From IMG/VR virus record IMGVR_UViG_3300047553_000365, positions 32,001-96,000 of that record: DNA of 64,000 nucleotides. One strand, given 5' to 3'. The position numbers were made by a program, and so were the translations under genes. The stretch is from a virus. The notes beneath the pieces are model-generated. The model made no database searches. It saw nothing but the letters and a program-made list of their open reading frames with translations, and had not been told where the DNA came from. Below, piece after piece: positions 45,419 through 56,425 of the stretch (the stretch's first letter is position 1; each line of letters starts with the position of its first letter).

Positions 45419-45624
45419 TCCCAAGAAATGGTAATAGGTTTCACATGAAGATCCTCAATTTTTAAATTTTTTGTAATTCTATATTTTGCTCCTGCTGCTT
45501 CATTAGGATCTTTATAAAGATCATTAAGATCAAGCTTATCAGAAAACCACCAGCTACTACGAACACTATAAAAGAATTCTCCCCCAGAATTTGCTAGTGC
45601 ATAATATACAATTTTCTTTTTCAT
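45415..45624 (-). CDS. hypothetical protein
   Basis: 69 aa ORF with ATGA overlaps. Confidence 0.55.
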   Translation of the reverse strand: MKKKIVYYALANSGGEFFYSVRSSWWFSDKLDLNDLYKDPNEAAGAKYRITKNLKIEDLHVKPITISWE

Positions 45625-46220
45625 TTTCCTTTAATTCTATCGTGCTTATCACAATCATCAAGTCTAGCAGAAAGATTATCTGCCAAATGTAATACCCATG
45701 CTTCCTTAGTAGCAGGAGCCACAGGACTACCCCATTCTCTCATACCATGATGAGATAAAATATTATGAGTTACGTTTTCAATTCTAAAAGGAAATACCGT
45801 ATCTTCATATATAGGATTGTTAATAATTCTATCAACATGTCTTTCCCACTCAATTGCGGATCTTGAAATATGATGAATTGTTCTAGCATGATTATCATGT
45901 TTCCCCCACACTCCATCATCATCCTTTTGATAATCCCAGAGTTTACCAAAATCATGCCAAATAACACTAACAAAAACTTCGACTTGATCGAAATGATTAT
46001 CATCCCCATAACTTTTATGAGTTGCCCATATACTTCTGGCTAACATCCAAACTTCATAAGTATGTTTAAGTAATCCCCCATCACCATAATGATGATGTTC
46101 AGGTTTACCTGCACCAGACCAAATTCTAAAGTCTTCATCATTTAAGACTTTATTTACAAAAATCTCCACCCCATAAACTCTGGCCTGATTTTTCAATTCT
46201 TTAATGTAATCTATATTCAT
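45621..46220 (-). CDS. HD-domain phosphohydrolase (YhaM-like)
   Basis: HHHYGDGGLLKHT, WHDFGK, ILSHHG, WGSPVAP and HLAD motifs. Confidence 0.85.
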   Translation of the reverse strand: MNIDYIKELKNQARVYGVEIFVNKVLNDEDFRIWSGAGKPEHHHYGDGGLLKHTYEVWMLARSIWATHKSYGDDNHFDQVEVFVSVIWHDFGKLWDYQKDDDGVWGKHDNHARTIHHISRSAIEWERHVDRIINNPIYEDTVFPFRIENVTHNILSHHGMREWGSPVAPATKEAWVLHLADNLSARLDDCDKHDRIKGK

Positions 46221-46221
46221 A

Positions 46222-46726
46222 TTATTTTTTTTCCTCATCTAGTGTCCAGTAATATTCCACGGTAGTTCTATTTGATTCAAACACAAATGGAGACTCCACA
46301 CATTTCAAACGAATAAAATCTTTCTTAAGATCAACATACTCTAACATCGCTTTAATCCCTTCAAGTTTATGAGTATATATTCTACCCATAATTAGAGGCA
46401 TTGTATATAAATAGAAATTCATATTCAAATTAATAAAAATACTTATCTTGGTCAAGCTGTTCTTGAATATAAGATGCTCTTTTAAGAATACCTCCAACAG
46501 CGTTTTTTAATTCTTCTTCCGATGGGTCTGTAATATTTGATGCAATAGGTTTTTTTATCTTATCATACTCAAGATCCAACCATTCTGATAAAGCTAAAGA
46601 CTCTGAATATTTCATATTACCATCCTTTTCAAAAGTGAATCCAATGGATTTAAGAAAATCCATTCTCTGATAATATTTTTCGCAATCAGATTCTTTCCAA
46701 ATTTTTATAAAATCTTTTTTATTCAT
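46222..46726 (-). CDS. two hypothetical proteins (46222-46497, 46430-46726)
   Basis: ORFs in operon. Confidence 0.55.
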
Positions 46727-46740
46727 TGGTTTGTTATGTT

Positions 46741-47091
46741 TTACTTTAGTAAGAAATAGGTTCCAAACAGAGTAGCATAGTGAATTAATTGGTCAATACC
46801 CACACAATCCCAGAATTGCTTATTAGGATAGTGTTTAGCATTGTATCGGGAAGTAATAGCATCCGTAAGAAAGTGTAAAATGGTATTAGATTGCACCCAG
46901 ATCAACGCACAGACGATTGAAGCAAATGGTAGGATAAGTCCCGCAATAGCCAATCCAGCAAGGTATACAAGGACATGGACGCTTAATGCATTCCAGTTCT
47001 TACTCTTGTTTTCTGCCATCCATCTAGTCTGCAAAAGCCAATCAAAGGTGGTATGCATTGCCAGTATTGTTAATATTTGTAAGTATGTCAT
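46741..47091 (-). CDS. DUF3307-like membrane protein
   Basis: HTTFDWLLQTRWMAENK, HFLTD and DQLIH motifs. Confidence 0.75.
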   Translation of the reverse strand: MTYLQILTILAMHTTFDWLLQTRWMAENKSKNWNALSVHVLVYLAGLAIAGLILPFASIVCALIWVQSNTILHFLTDAITSRYNAKHYPNKQFWDCVGIDQLIHYATLFGTYFLLK

Positions 47092-47291
47092 AATGTTTTG
47101 TTTAATAGGTTAGTAACTTCATCTTTCATTGAGATTAAATTTTCTAATGCGTTGGTTAAGGCTTCTTCATCAGACATTCCTTCTCCAATAATCATAAACC
47201 CATCATGATGTTTTTCATCATATTCCTGTCCCTTTATAATAACTTGTCTTGTGCCACAAGGCCATCCTATCAATGCAATTTTGTTATTCAT
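47088..47291 (-). CDS. hypothetical protein
   Basis: 67 aa ORF in operon. Confidence 0.55.
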   Translation of the reverse strand: MNNKIALIGWPCGTRQVIIKGQEYDEKHHDGFMIIGEGMSDEEALTNALENLISMKDEVTNLLNKTL

Positions 47292-47734
47292 GGGTTTAAG
47301 AGTTCGGGATTTTCAAAAATGTTGCCAACAACTTCATACCGACCCATTGTTTGATTCAGTGGATACTGTTCTTGAAAGATAGATCCCAAAATAGAATGAT
47401 TTAATTCATGTAAGTGATAAGAGGGGGAGTGCATTTTATTTAAAGAAACTGCTACAGCAAATCCAACTTCTTCGTATTTAGACCAAACAACCAATTGAGG
47501 ATTTCCCCAATCTTCATCTGATGTTTCGTTAATAATCAAGTCTCCCTCATAAATCTCTTTTCCATTTTTGTCTTTTAATCCTGTGTATTGTTGAACTATT
47601 TGATCCCTACACTCATATTCATACTTAGATTTTTCTCCAAACAATACTTCACCATCAAGAGAAATTAAGAAATCTCTGCCCGTAGACCATTCTTTTTTGG
47701 ATTCATCCCATAATCTAAATTTAAGTGTTTTCAT
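47288..47734 (-). CDS. YopX-family protein
   Basis: LKFRLWD...QYTGLKDKNGKEIYEGD...EVVGNIFENPELL. Confidence 0.9.
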   Translation of the reverse strand: MKTLKFRLWDESKKEWSTGRDFLISLDGEVLFGEKSKYEYECRDQIVQQYTGLKDKNGKEIYEGDLIINETSDEDWGNPQLVVWSKYEEVGFAVAVSLNKMHSPSYHLHELNHSILGSIFQEQYPLNQTMGRYEVVGNIFENPELLNP

Positions 47735-48162
47735 AATCCAAAATAAGGAGTATTTTCTACTTGTTTTAAAATTTGAAGCTCTCTTTGGGCTTCCTCTTCC
47801 AACATATCAGGAGTCTCAAAAATGTTACCAACTACTTCATCACCACCGGGAATATAAAATCCTCCAATTTCATCAGATTCAATATTTTTTCCCATTTCAT
47901 ATGTAGGATCTTCTTTGGAGTATCTTACCACTCTAATAGACCAATCCCAAACACCACGACCATAGTGTATATAGCTCTTAACAAGATCCCCCTCATATAC
48001 AGGAACCCCTTTAATATCTTTAAATCCAATATACTGTTGAATAGTTAGACCCTTAACATTAGCAAAGAACCACCCCAATCTATTCCTTCCTTCTGTAGTA
48101 AAGGAATAGATAAATTTATTTTCCTTGGGATTCCAAGCTCTGAATTTAAGTTCTTTACTCAT
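47731..48162 (-). CDS. YopX-family protein
   Basis: LKFRAWN...QYIGFKD...YEGD...EVVGNIFETP. Confidence 0.85.
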   Translation of the reverse strand: MSKELKFRAWNPKENKFIYSFTTEGRNRLGWFFANVKGLTIQQYIGFKDIKGVPVYEGDLVKSYIHYGRGVWDWSIRVVRYSKEDPTYEMGKNIESDEIGGFYIPGGDEVVGNIFETPDMLEEEAQRELQILKQVENTPYFGL

Positions 48163-49241
48163 TATCTTACAGCAGCAGGAATATAGTTAAGGTTTGCAGT
48201 AGACAGATTTTGAACCTTAGTAGATGCATAGAGAGAAAGATCGGAAATAGTGTGTGCATATCTACGATAATCCAATGCGCTATCTGCTTCAATCTTAGTC
48301 TTTCTGTGTTTAATTCTAGCATTAGTAAAACGACCATCCCATGCATAAGTTTCATCATCTCCCGTATTAGACAGATAATTGAACTTGGTCTTATTCAAAA
48401 GGTGTCCGTTATTATGGTGCAAGTCGAGAACTTTGTCAACCCATAATTCCTTTTCCTTGGCATTTCTAGGATGTTGAAACAGGAATTCCGTAGCATCCCC
48501 CCAAAGCTTACCACCATAAGCCTCATCCCAACAAAATTCTCTATAACCATAGAAAATATCAGAAATAAGCTTGTTAGTAATATCTTCAGGTCTTTTACCT
48601 TTTTCAAGGTAAACTCGCAATGCTCCACTATCATACAAATGAAGACAATCCTTAGATACGGACTTAATACGAGTATACATACCTTTGGGATATTGCTTAC
48701 TCTCATGCAGCATAGCTTGGTCATTGAAGTGTCTAAACTCACGAATGACAGAGTATTCCAATGCTCTACGAACTTCATTATACATATCCTCCACGGTCTG
48801 TTCGTAGGTTTCCTCAATTCGTCTGACCCTATTAGAATGGTTTAACGAATTTGAACCAGCAAAGTAATTCAAAAGACTAAGGGTGTAGAAGTCGAAAAAT
48901 TTAGTAATACAATTAGGAAGCTTTTCAGGTTGAAAATTATCCTCTTCATCCCATTCATCCTCAATTTCGACAGTCCATTTAGAATCTAGCTTCTTAGCAT
49001 TCTTATTCTTACCAACCTCTACCGCCGTCACATTATACTTAACAGTGGGTTTATGCTTAATATGCTTACCACCCGCCACACTCTTCGCCTTTGGTTTTGC
49101 TTTAGTTTTCATATCTGGTTTTTCTTCGATAGGGGCATTATACCCGGTTTTAATTACTTCTTCCTTTTCTAAAAAGAATAGATTCGCTCCTGTAAGGACT
49201 TTTAACAACATTTCATCAGGTTTCGTATTCATATCATTCAT
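48162..49241 (-). CDS. hypothetical protein (true start may be internal MKTKAK)
   Basis: 359 aa ORF with an internal promoter motif at 49137-49156. Confidence 0.7.
   Translation of the reverse strand: MNDMNTKPDEMLLKVLTGANLFFLEKEEVIKTGYNAPIEEKPDMKTKAKPKAKSVAGGKHIKHKPTVKYNVTAVEVGKNKNAKKLDSKWTVEIEDEWDEEDNFQPEKLPNCITKFFDFYTLSLLNYFAGSNSLNHSNRVRRIEETYEQTVEDMYNEVRRALEYSVIREFRHFNDQAMLHESKQYPKGMYTRIKSVSKDCLHLYDSGALRVYLEKGKRPEDITNKLISDIFYGYREFCWDEAYGGKLWGDATEFLFQHPRNAKEKELWVDKVLDLHHNNGHLLNKTKFNYLSNTGDDETYAWDGRFTNARIKHRKTKIEADSALDYRRYAHTISDLSLYASTKVQNLSTANLNYIPAAVR
49137..49156 (-). promoter_or_regulatory. phage promoter motif copy 27 (2-nt spacer, intragenic)
   Basis: TAATTAAAACCG-GG-TATAAT. Confidence 0.55.
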
Positions 49242-49752
49242 GTTTGGTTTCTAAAAATGCTTTAACATCTTTCTCAAAGGTGCAATCAGGAAAATTAACA
49301 CCATAGTAATCATCAACCTGAAGGTAGTTACCACCCCCAAGTTTTATACCTATATACTGTAGCTTCTCAAAGTTCTTATGAATGGGAAGATTGTCAATCA
49401 GAACATTATTAGGATTTGCTAGTTTAGAGGGAATGACATAACCACCACCATAAGCACCCCGAACATAATTGTTTTGTAGGTCTTCCATTGCATGAATGGT
49501 TTGATATGTGAAATCAAATTTACCCAAAACATTTATCTCCATAGCATAGTGTCTCATGGCAGCAGTAAGGATGAACACCTTATCTTTACCAACTAATTCT
49601 CTTGCAAATCTCAATACTTCTTTCGCTTCTGGTCTTATGATAGTATAATATACTCCATCGGCCAAAACAATAGTAAAATGCTCTTGTTCAGGCTCATCAA
49701 TACTAGAATAGACCAAAGTTTCATCTAGGTCAAAAAATACATTCTCTATCAT
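49234..49752 (-). CDS. HAD-superfamily (FCP1/NIF-like) phosphatase
   Basis: FFDLDETLV motif I, ILTAA and LIDN; adjacent to the kinase gene. Confidence 0.8.
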   Translation of the reverse strand: MIENVFFDLDETLVYSSIDEPEQEHFTIVLADGVYYTIIRPEAKEVLRFARELVGKDKVFILTAAMRHYAMEINVLGKFDFTYQTIHAMEDLQNNYVRGAYGGGYVIPSKLANPNNVLIDNLPIHKNFEKLQYIGIKLGGGNYLQVDDYYGVNFPDCTFEKDVKAFLETKHE

Positions 49753-49753
49753 A

Positions 49754-50158
49754 TTACAGTTTAAGTGATTCAATAATGCTTTCCTTCTGTCTAATCAAAG
49801 TTTCTTCAGGAACATTGTGAGTATTCTTACCACCGTGACGATTTTCCATCACAATAAAATGCACAGGAATACCACGGGATCTTGCAGTAGATGCATAGAA
49901 TTCAAAGTCCTTAGTTTTAGTATTGGTATTGGCAATCACGATGTTCTCAATAGAATCATCATCCAATGCCTTAAGAAACTTATCCTTACACCAACCATGT
50001 GCCTTGGGAATGTCCTTAACATTCCAGTTATAGAAACCATAGGTTTCATAATACCAATCATCTGCGGTGCAGATAACTTTAGGATCTGCAATAAGATTGG
50101 AGAAGGTAGACTTACCGCTACCACTCACACCACGAATGATAATAACACTCTTTTTCAT
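49754..50158 (-). CDS. polynucleotide kinase-like P-loop kinase
   Basis: IRGVSGSGKST, ADD, NTN, RHGG...HNVPEET; 134 aa. Confidence 0.85.
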   Translation of the reverse strand: MKKSVIIIRGVSGSGKSTFSNLIADPKVICTADDWYYETYGFYNWNVKDIPKAHGWCKDKFLKALDDDSIENIVIANTNTKTKDFEFYASTARSRGIPVHFIVMENRHGGKNTHNVPEETLIRQKESIIESLKL

Positions 50159-50164
50159 GCGCCT

Positions 50165-50185
50165 ATCATATCCCGGTTTTAATTA
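50165..50185 (-). promoter_or_regulatory. phage promoter motif copy 28
   Basis: TAATTAAAACCG-GGA-TATGAT, 6 nt to ATG 50158. Confidence 0.8.
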
Positions 50186-50189
50186 CTAC

Positions 50190-50994
50190 TTATTTCCCTC
50201 TTTTGATCTTTTCCTTACGAATAGCCTTAGATTCTTTTTTATTAGGAATATGAGGAAGTCCTTCCAAAACATCAATAAAATCCCCCACATTAACAGCCAT
50301 ACGAATCGAAGGATATTCTATTCCACAATATTTTATATTGGGAACTATAAAAACTATATTAGATTTACGATCATAACCATTAATACCAATAGGCTTTTGA
50401 TTTAAAATATACCTAGGATTAAAAGTTAAAATTTCTTCCTTGGTAATTCTGGGAAGTTTGATTCTTTCATATTCATCCCACCCAAGGCTAACTAAAACAT
50501 CTATAAGTTCTCTTTCGGTGTTCATACTACAACACAATTTTAATTTTAGAAACTTTATTTAAAATTTCCTCTCTAATTTTATCTACTGATATCTTTGGAG
50601 GATTTTTCTTTTTATAATCACTATCATCATAACTACCCCAAGAACACCCATAATAATAGGGTTCCCCACTTTTAGTCTTATTACAACAAGGATTATACTT
50701 TTCAGCTATTTCCATAAGTTTGAATGTATAATGATAGAAACTATCAAAATTCCAAACATCATATTCGAAAGAGGACGCACTACTATATCCTTCTTCTCTG
50801 GCAAGAACCATTATCTCTTCTTCCTTCTTTTCTTGTAGTTCCTTATTATTAGGCCACTCATGTCCCCAAATATCGTTTTCATCATTTCTATTTGAAAACA
50901 TAATACCAGAGTAATAGTAAATATTACCACTTTTATCAAACTCATATATTTCCATATGAGTTTCATCAACTTTATGTTCTATCGTTATGCTCAT
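50190..50994 (-). CDS. two hypothetical proteins (50190-50537, 50527-50994)
   Basis: ORFs in operon. Confidence 0.55.
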
Positions 50995-51548
50995 GATATT
51001 AGCTCTAACTTATTAATCTCTTTCATAACATCATCTTCGGAAAGATGATATAAATTATAAATTGGTATATTTCTACTTTTTGCAATTCTCATGGCTTGCC
51101 CTGTTCCTCCTACATCGGTTCCATCATGTGTCCAACATATAACAAAACTACTATCGGGTTCATTATTCACATAACCACAAATTTGTCTATAGTTTCTAGC
51201 ATGAAAATAACCATCTGGAACATTAGGTTTTCCCTCCTTATTTATAATATATGATCCTCTAGGATGGAACTTTACTACAGATTTAAAAGCCTCTTCATCA
51301 TAATCAGATAAAATCCTATATGTATGTTGAGGATGAGAATCTTTAAATTTTTTGTTAAAATTATTCCAAGGCAACCATATTTGTGCATCACAACCCTTAA
51401 CACCTTTAGCAAATGCTTGATCTGCGCCCTCGGCATTACCTGATCTTAAAGTATATCCCATACATTCAAGTTTACCTGCAATACTAGTCATAGTCTTAGA
51501 AATATCATCAGGAATAGTCCTAGATCCTATACCAGCATAATACTTCAT
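50991..51548 (-). CDS. DprA/Smf-related SLOG-domain protein
   Basis: YAGIGSR, LRSGNAEGAD, HARN and GGTGQA motifs. Confidence 0.8.
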   Translation of the reverse strand: MKYYAGIGSRTIPDDISKTMTSIAGKLECMGYTLRSGNAEGADQAFAKGVKGCDAQIWLPWNNFNKKFKDSHPQHTYRILSDYDEEAFKSVVKFHPRGSYIINKEGKPNVPDGYFHARNYRQICGYVNNEPDSSFVICWTHDGTDVGGTGQAMRIAKSRNIPIYNLYHLSEDDVMKEINKLELIS

Positions 51549-51549
51549 A

Positions 51550-52188
51550 TTACTTCTTAGTTAAAGGGGTGGCACTACTAAGTTGATTATTTTCAATCAA
51601 AAACACTTCACCATTCTTAGGACTTTTATACGATTCAAATTCTTCAACAGTCCATCCAAAAAGATACATGAGATACACCTTGTTGAATTCACCATGAGAA
51701 ACCACAATGTTATTACTAGATGCATTATTAAGAAGATGTTGGTGAAAGATCATAGCTCTCTGATAACAGTCAGCAAAACTTTCTCCCCCATCAGGTCTAT
51801 TATAGAAGTTGAAATCATGTTCAGTATGAAGTTTATTAAAGGTTAGTTCTCTAAGCTTTCCCCATTCCCTTTCTCTAAGAATAGGCATAGTAAAATGCTT
51901 ACCAAAAGAATACATGGGAATACCACTTAGTTCATACTTAATAACACTAGCAGTTTGTTTTGCCCTCCTAAATGTAGAGGTAAACATATTAAACATTTGC
52001 GGTGTATGAGTAGGATACTCTACTTGATTATCAAATCTATCAAGTAACTGAATAATCTTCTTTGCTGCTAAAGATGCGTGTCCCGTTCCTTTAGCAGTAA
52101 GTTGAATATCTGCATCATGTTTAGTGAAGTAAACAGAATGATCTGCATTACCTTCTGATTCTCCATGTCTGACTAGCCAAATTCTCAT
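51550..52188 (-). CDS. histidine phosphatase (phosphoglycerate mutase family)
   Basis: LVRHGESEGN, STFRRAKQT, LREREWG, GGES and VSHG motifs. Confidence 0.9.
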   Translation of the reverse strand: MRIWLVRHGESEGNADHSVYFTKHDADIQLTAKGTGHASLAAKKIIQLLDRFDNQVEYPTHTPQMFNMFTSTFRRAKQTASVIKYELSGIPMYSFGKHFTMPILREREWGKLRELTFNKLHTEHDFNFYNRPDGGESFADCYQRAMIFHQHLLNNASSNNIVVSHGEFNKVYLMYLFGWTVEEFESYKSPKNGEVFLIENNQLSSATPLTKK

Positions 52189-53255
52189 GATTCTTCTTTG
52201 ATTTGTTTTTTACCGTCTTTTCTTACACGCTTATTTTGTGGTTTTTTCCAATCTCGTAGATGTTTCCACCGTTGGACAGTTTTAACTGAACCTTTGCCTT
52301 TAGATGAAGATGCCATATCAGTTTCCTTTAAGATTAATAGGTTTTTCTCTGTCAGTAATTCTAAAGACAGGATGCGGAGTAAAGCCACCTTGATAAGTTC
52401 CCCAAGGGGGAGTCATATTATCACCAGTAACATCACAATACTTTGCAATATTAGGATACCACTTCTTGTTACTGATTAAACCAACCTTGTCCTTATGAAC
52501 AAAAATATGATAACCACCACGGGTTTCCACAACATCACAATAACCTTCGCAAAGGTCAATACACTCCATAATAGTCTTTTCATCCTTGGAGTCAAGATCA
52601 AAAGGAATATATTTTTTATTGCTACTGCAAGACCTTTGAATCTCACTAAGAATTTCCGCATGAGGATTTGCATTCTTGGAAGAACATTCCAATAGAGTAG
52701 CTAAAACGCTAATACCCTTAAGAGTAGCCTTCCATAGATCCCTAGGATTAGGAGTAACATATAATGCAAGTGCCTCTTGAGGAACAGGCTTATCTTGCTC
52801 TCCCTTAACTCTATATGCACCAAGCTTACATTCAAGCTGTGCTACCTTACCATAAAAGTATTCCTTATCGGTGGTGAACCTCTTAAGTTGTCCTTTGTCA
52901 CTTTTAATCCAAGGCATATCGTGACAATACTTCTTACGACAAAAAAGACAACCATAGTATTTCTCATTTACTTCCAGATCAGGAAGCCAATCAATAAATT
53001 CTCGGAAAAGTTTATCATCAGTAATAATTTGATAAGTTTCGCTCATGACCCCACTATACCTCGGTTTTAATTAATAAACTTCTCTGCCTCTTTCTCTGTC
53101 TTTAACAGAATTTTCTTAGAGACTTCCAACATACTAAGAGCAAATTCATCAGGAAGTTTTTTAACATGTTCTTCCCAAAATAAAACATAACCCTTGGCAT
53201 TCATTAAGCGTCTACTATAGATGCGCTTAATTCTATATTCATCATTCTCTTCCAT
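52185..53255 (-). CDS. three hypothetical proteins (52185-52388 basic; 52318-53046 with DLD and ETRGGYH, possibly AEP/prim-pol-like; 53067-53255)
   Basis: ORFs in operon; the prim-pol resemblance rests on two short motifs only. Confidence 0.55.
53053..53073 (-). promoter_or_regulatory. phage promoter motif copy 29
   Basis: TAATTAAAACCG-AGG-TATAGT, 6 nt to ATG 53046. Confidence 0.8.
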
Positions 53256-54361
53256 TATTCAAAGTCTCTAATTCCGTAAACGAACGGGAACCTAGGAATA
53301 AGCTTATCAGGAGTAAGATTGAAATATCTTACAGTTGCTTTCTTACCAATATAGTTACCCTTATTCACCCAGAGTTCTTGTAAGTAGTCTCTATCACCCT
53401 TGATATTAGAATTAAACTGGTGTCCTAATTTGTTGACAAATACCATAGCACCTGCCAATCCGCTTCTATTACCATTTCCTTCAAGAATATCCATAATAAC
53501 AAATTCATCATCTTGGAATTCCTTTCTCTTAAGAAGAGAAGCAGAACGCTTGAATTCATACTTAGTATTCTCTCTCACCATTTGACCTTCATAACCATTA
53601 TCAAGAAATTGCTCATACAGGGAATCTAATTGACTATTATTTTCCGCTAAGTATGTGGGAACAACTTTTATACCATATTCACCAAGATTAAATACCGTGT
53701 GAATGTGGTTAATTAAGTTGTTTCTTTCTGAAAATGTATTTGTATCATCGGCAATATCATACCACCAGAATTGAACCATGTTCTTACACTCATTCAAATC
53801 TTTAGCAGATGGTTTTTGTTTCTTAACCAATGAAGTGATCTTGTTAAAATCATCTTTCAGATTATGGTTGTAGAGTTCACCATCCAACACAAGGTCAGGA
53901 TACATATTAAATACATTCTCAAGACCCTCTAAAATAAAGGGAATAGTCACCCATTTCTTACCATTTCTAGAGTATGCACCTTTACGGGAAATTACTGCTC
54001 TAAGACCATCAAGCTTTGGTTGACAGTAAAGAGGAAACTTAACCTTATCCTTACGATCTTCCCACTTCTTGGCTAACATGGGTTCAACATATTGTTGAAT
54101 GTCAATACTATTGATATCCTCATGATATCCTGTATCTTTTCTTTTTTGCCATGCTGCCTGTGCTTCAAACAATGCCTGTTCAGCAGGATTTCTCTGATTG
54201 GATCTACCAAAATTTGTAACATCACAAACAGTCCATTCAGTAGTTTGTAACTTACCATCTAATTGACCATGAATAGTTCGATATATCTCACCCTCAATCT
54301 CAATAGTCCAAGTTTGAATTGCACCCGTATTTGTTCTTGAATATAGTGTAGGTAATTTCAT
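53255..54361 (-). CDS. ATP-dependent DNA ligase
   Basis: QPKLDGLR (motif I), LDGELY, YEGQMVR, LLKRKEF and RFP motifs. Confidence 0.92.
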   Translation of the reverse strand: MKLPTLYSRTNTGAIQTWTIEIEGEIYRTIHGQLDGKLQTTEWTVCDVTNFGRSNQRNPAEQALFEAQAAWQKRKDTGYHEDINSIDIQQYVEPMLAKKWEDRKDKVKFPLYCQPKLDGLRAVISRKGAYSRNGKKWVTIPFILEGLENVFNMYPDLVLDGELYNHNLKDDFNKITSLVKKQKPSAKDLNECKNMVQFWWYDIADDTNTFSERNNLINHIHTVFNLGEYGIKVVPTYLAENNSQLDSLYEQFLDNGYEGQMVRENTKYEFKRSASLLKRKEFQDDEFVIMDILEGNGNRSGLAGAMVFVNKLGHQFNSNIKGDRDYLQELWVNKGNYIGKKATVRYFNLTPDKLIPRFPFVYGIRDFE

Positions 54362-54363
54362 AA

Positions 54364-55067
54364 TTAAGATCCTGCATGTAATACTAATTCACCATTTTCC
54401 ATACTATATCCTTCCAGATAACCATGATGGCCATCGTGGTTGTTCGCAAAGAATCTAAAGATATCCTTTATGGTAGGATTGGTAAACACTTGTGATTTGT
54501 TTTCCCAATCTTCAATACGAACAGTCAATTCCCCTTCATAAATTACTTCTTCATTGGAGAAGTCTGGATACTTAACAATCCATTCAGATCCTTTATCATC
54601 ATCCCCATAATCAATCGAATCAAACATGGAAAATCTAGACCATGCATTGATAGTATACCCACCATATGTTTTCCATTGTCTAGGTGCATGTTCTCCAATT
54701 AATTCTTCCCATTCTCCGCACATCTGGTCATAAGTTCCAGTCTTAACATTTTCTAGTGGTTTTTCGTTCATTTTCTTTTGGTCTTTTGTTTAAATTTCTT
54801 AAAATCATCATCAGATATCCAATCTACATCTTCTCTATAAAATTGGAATTCTACCTTACAATATTTTGGTTTAACATAAAGTATACCGTCCCCAATATCA
54901 TCCTTGGTGAGAGTTCCAACAGTTACAAAATATTCCTCTACAGGAATTAGAGTGGTCGGTCTAATCTTTCTAGGAGAATACATAGAAATCTTAAAGGGAT
55001 CTCTTAGATAACAGATAATCCTAGGCTGTTTCAACTTGATTTTATCACCTTTTCTTAGCGTGTCCAT
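54364..55067 (-). CDS. two hypothetical proteins (54364-54771, 54768-55067)
   Basis: ORFs in operon. Confidence 0.55.
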
Positions 55068-56425
55068 TAGCTTTCTTCCTCCATGTCAGATTCTCCATTG
55101 TCTCTAGATGCACTTTCCTTAATAACGAAATCAGGATTCTTAAACTTAAATGCTGGTCTAGTAGGCTTGCTTTCAATTCTTACAACAATACCTTCATTAA
55201 CAACAGCATTCTTACTAAGGAAACATTGCTTCTTGAAATAGGTTTCCTTAAGCTTAGTAATGAAGTTTGTTCTCCAATCATCATCCACAGGAATATTAAA
55301 CAGATCCTTGGCCAGTCCGTAGTAATGAATAGGAACAGTTTCCAATCCTCTATCCACACAGAACTCAACCATAGACGGAAGAGAGAATTCGTGCTTTTCC
55401 GTAGAGCTAATATTTCTCACGACACGATAAACATAGAATCCAAGTTCACCCTTAGTTAAACCATAGTCATATCCCTTTTGAACACACTTCTCAGGAGATA
55501 CCCATCCAACAATTTCTCCATAGATAAGATAATCGTCTGGAATGCTGTCCTTAATTCTTTCGGAAATAACAGACCACACACCATTATCATTACCAGTTAA
55601 AATTCTGCTTCTAGATGCATACACATGACGATATTCTGTATTAGGAATACCTACCAAAAATCTGAATGGATTAAATCTCTTCTTACATTCCAGTTCTGCA
55701 AAGATAGCAGATGTGCCATGAAGCTTTTCAGACACAGTAATAATATCATCGGGACTAATAAGAAACATATTCTTACCCAACTGTTCAGTCTTGTAATGAA
55801 AGGCAAATTGATTACCCACAATGCTCTTTTCCGCAGAAGGCTTACGGATAGCACTCTCCACAACATTGTATGCAGAGTTAAGAACCTTTCTAACGGGTCT
55901 TGGAAATATGCCAACGATCTTACCAAAGACTTTACGACACTTATTAGGTGTGCTTTGTGTTTGATTGCTAACTTTAACCTCTGGTCTTACATACTTAGTA
56001 ACCAGTAGATCACTACCCACAGTATCAAATTCTTTACCAAGAGCAAACACAGATTCATTCACCTTGTAATATTCTGCAAGTTTGGAAACCTTAAACACAA
56101 ATCCCTGACTAGGAACTTCACGAAGTCTAATAGCCTTTACACGGCATTGCTTACCAAAGAATCCTTTGGTCTTACCATCGCTATTAAGTTCTGGTCTGTC
56201 CAGAAGATTAGCCCAAGAAAGAAACTTTTTATCAATGCAACATTCCACAGGAAAATACACCAATAGTTCCCCTTCCTGATAAGTGCCTTTTTGAATGATA
56301 ATTTCATTACCGAAAATATCAATCAGAGAAAGCTTATCAGCATTAGGATGATCCTTAATTGTTGGACACTTTACAACTGTGGCCAAATAGTTAGGATCTG
56401 CTGTTTCGGAAATAGTAAGTTTCAT
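55067..56425 (-). CDS. RNA ligase, Rnl2/DRB0094-like with N-terminal OB-like domain
   Basis: HPNADKL, VKAIRLREVPSQG, EKLHGTS (motif I), YGEIVG, EGIVVR and FKFK motifs. Confidence 0.85.
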   Translation of the reverse strand: MKLTISETADPNYLATVVKCPTIKDHPNADKLSLIDIFGNEIIIQKGTYQEGELLVYFPVECCIDKKFLSWANLLDRPELNSDGKTKGFFGKQCRVKAIRLREVPSQGFVFKVSKLAEYYKVNESVFALGKEFDTVGSDLLVTKYVRPEVKVSNQTQSTPNKCRKVFGKIVGIFPRPVRKVLNSAYNVVESAIRKPSAEKSIVGNQFAFHYKTEQLGKNMFLISPDDIITVSEKLHGTSAIFAELECKKRFNPFRFLVGIPNTEYRHVYASRSRILTGNDNGVWSVISERIKDSIPDDYLIYGEIVGWVSPEKCVQKGYDYGLTKGELGFYVYRVVRNISSTEKHEFSLPSMVEFCVDRGLETVPIHYYGLAKDLFNIPVDDDWRTNFITKLKETYFKKQCFLSKNAVVNEGIVVRIESKPTRPAFKFKNPDFVIKESASRDNGESDMEEES

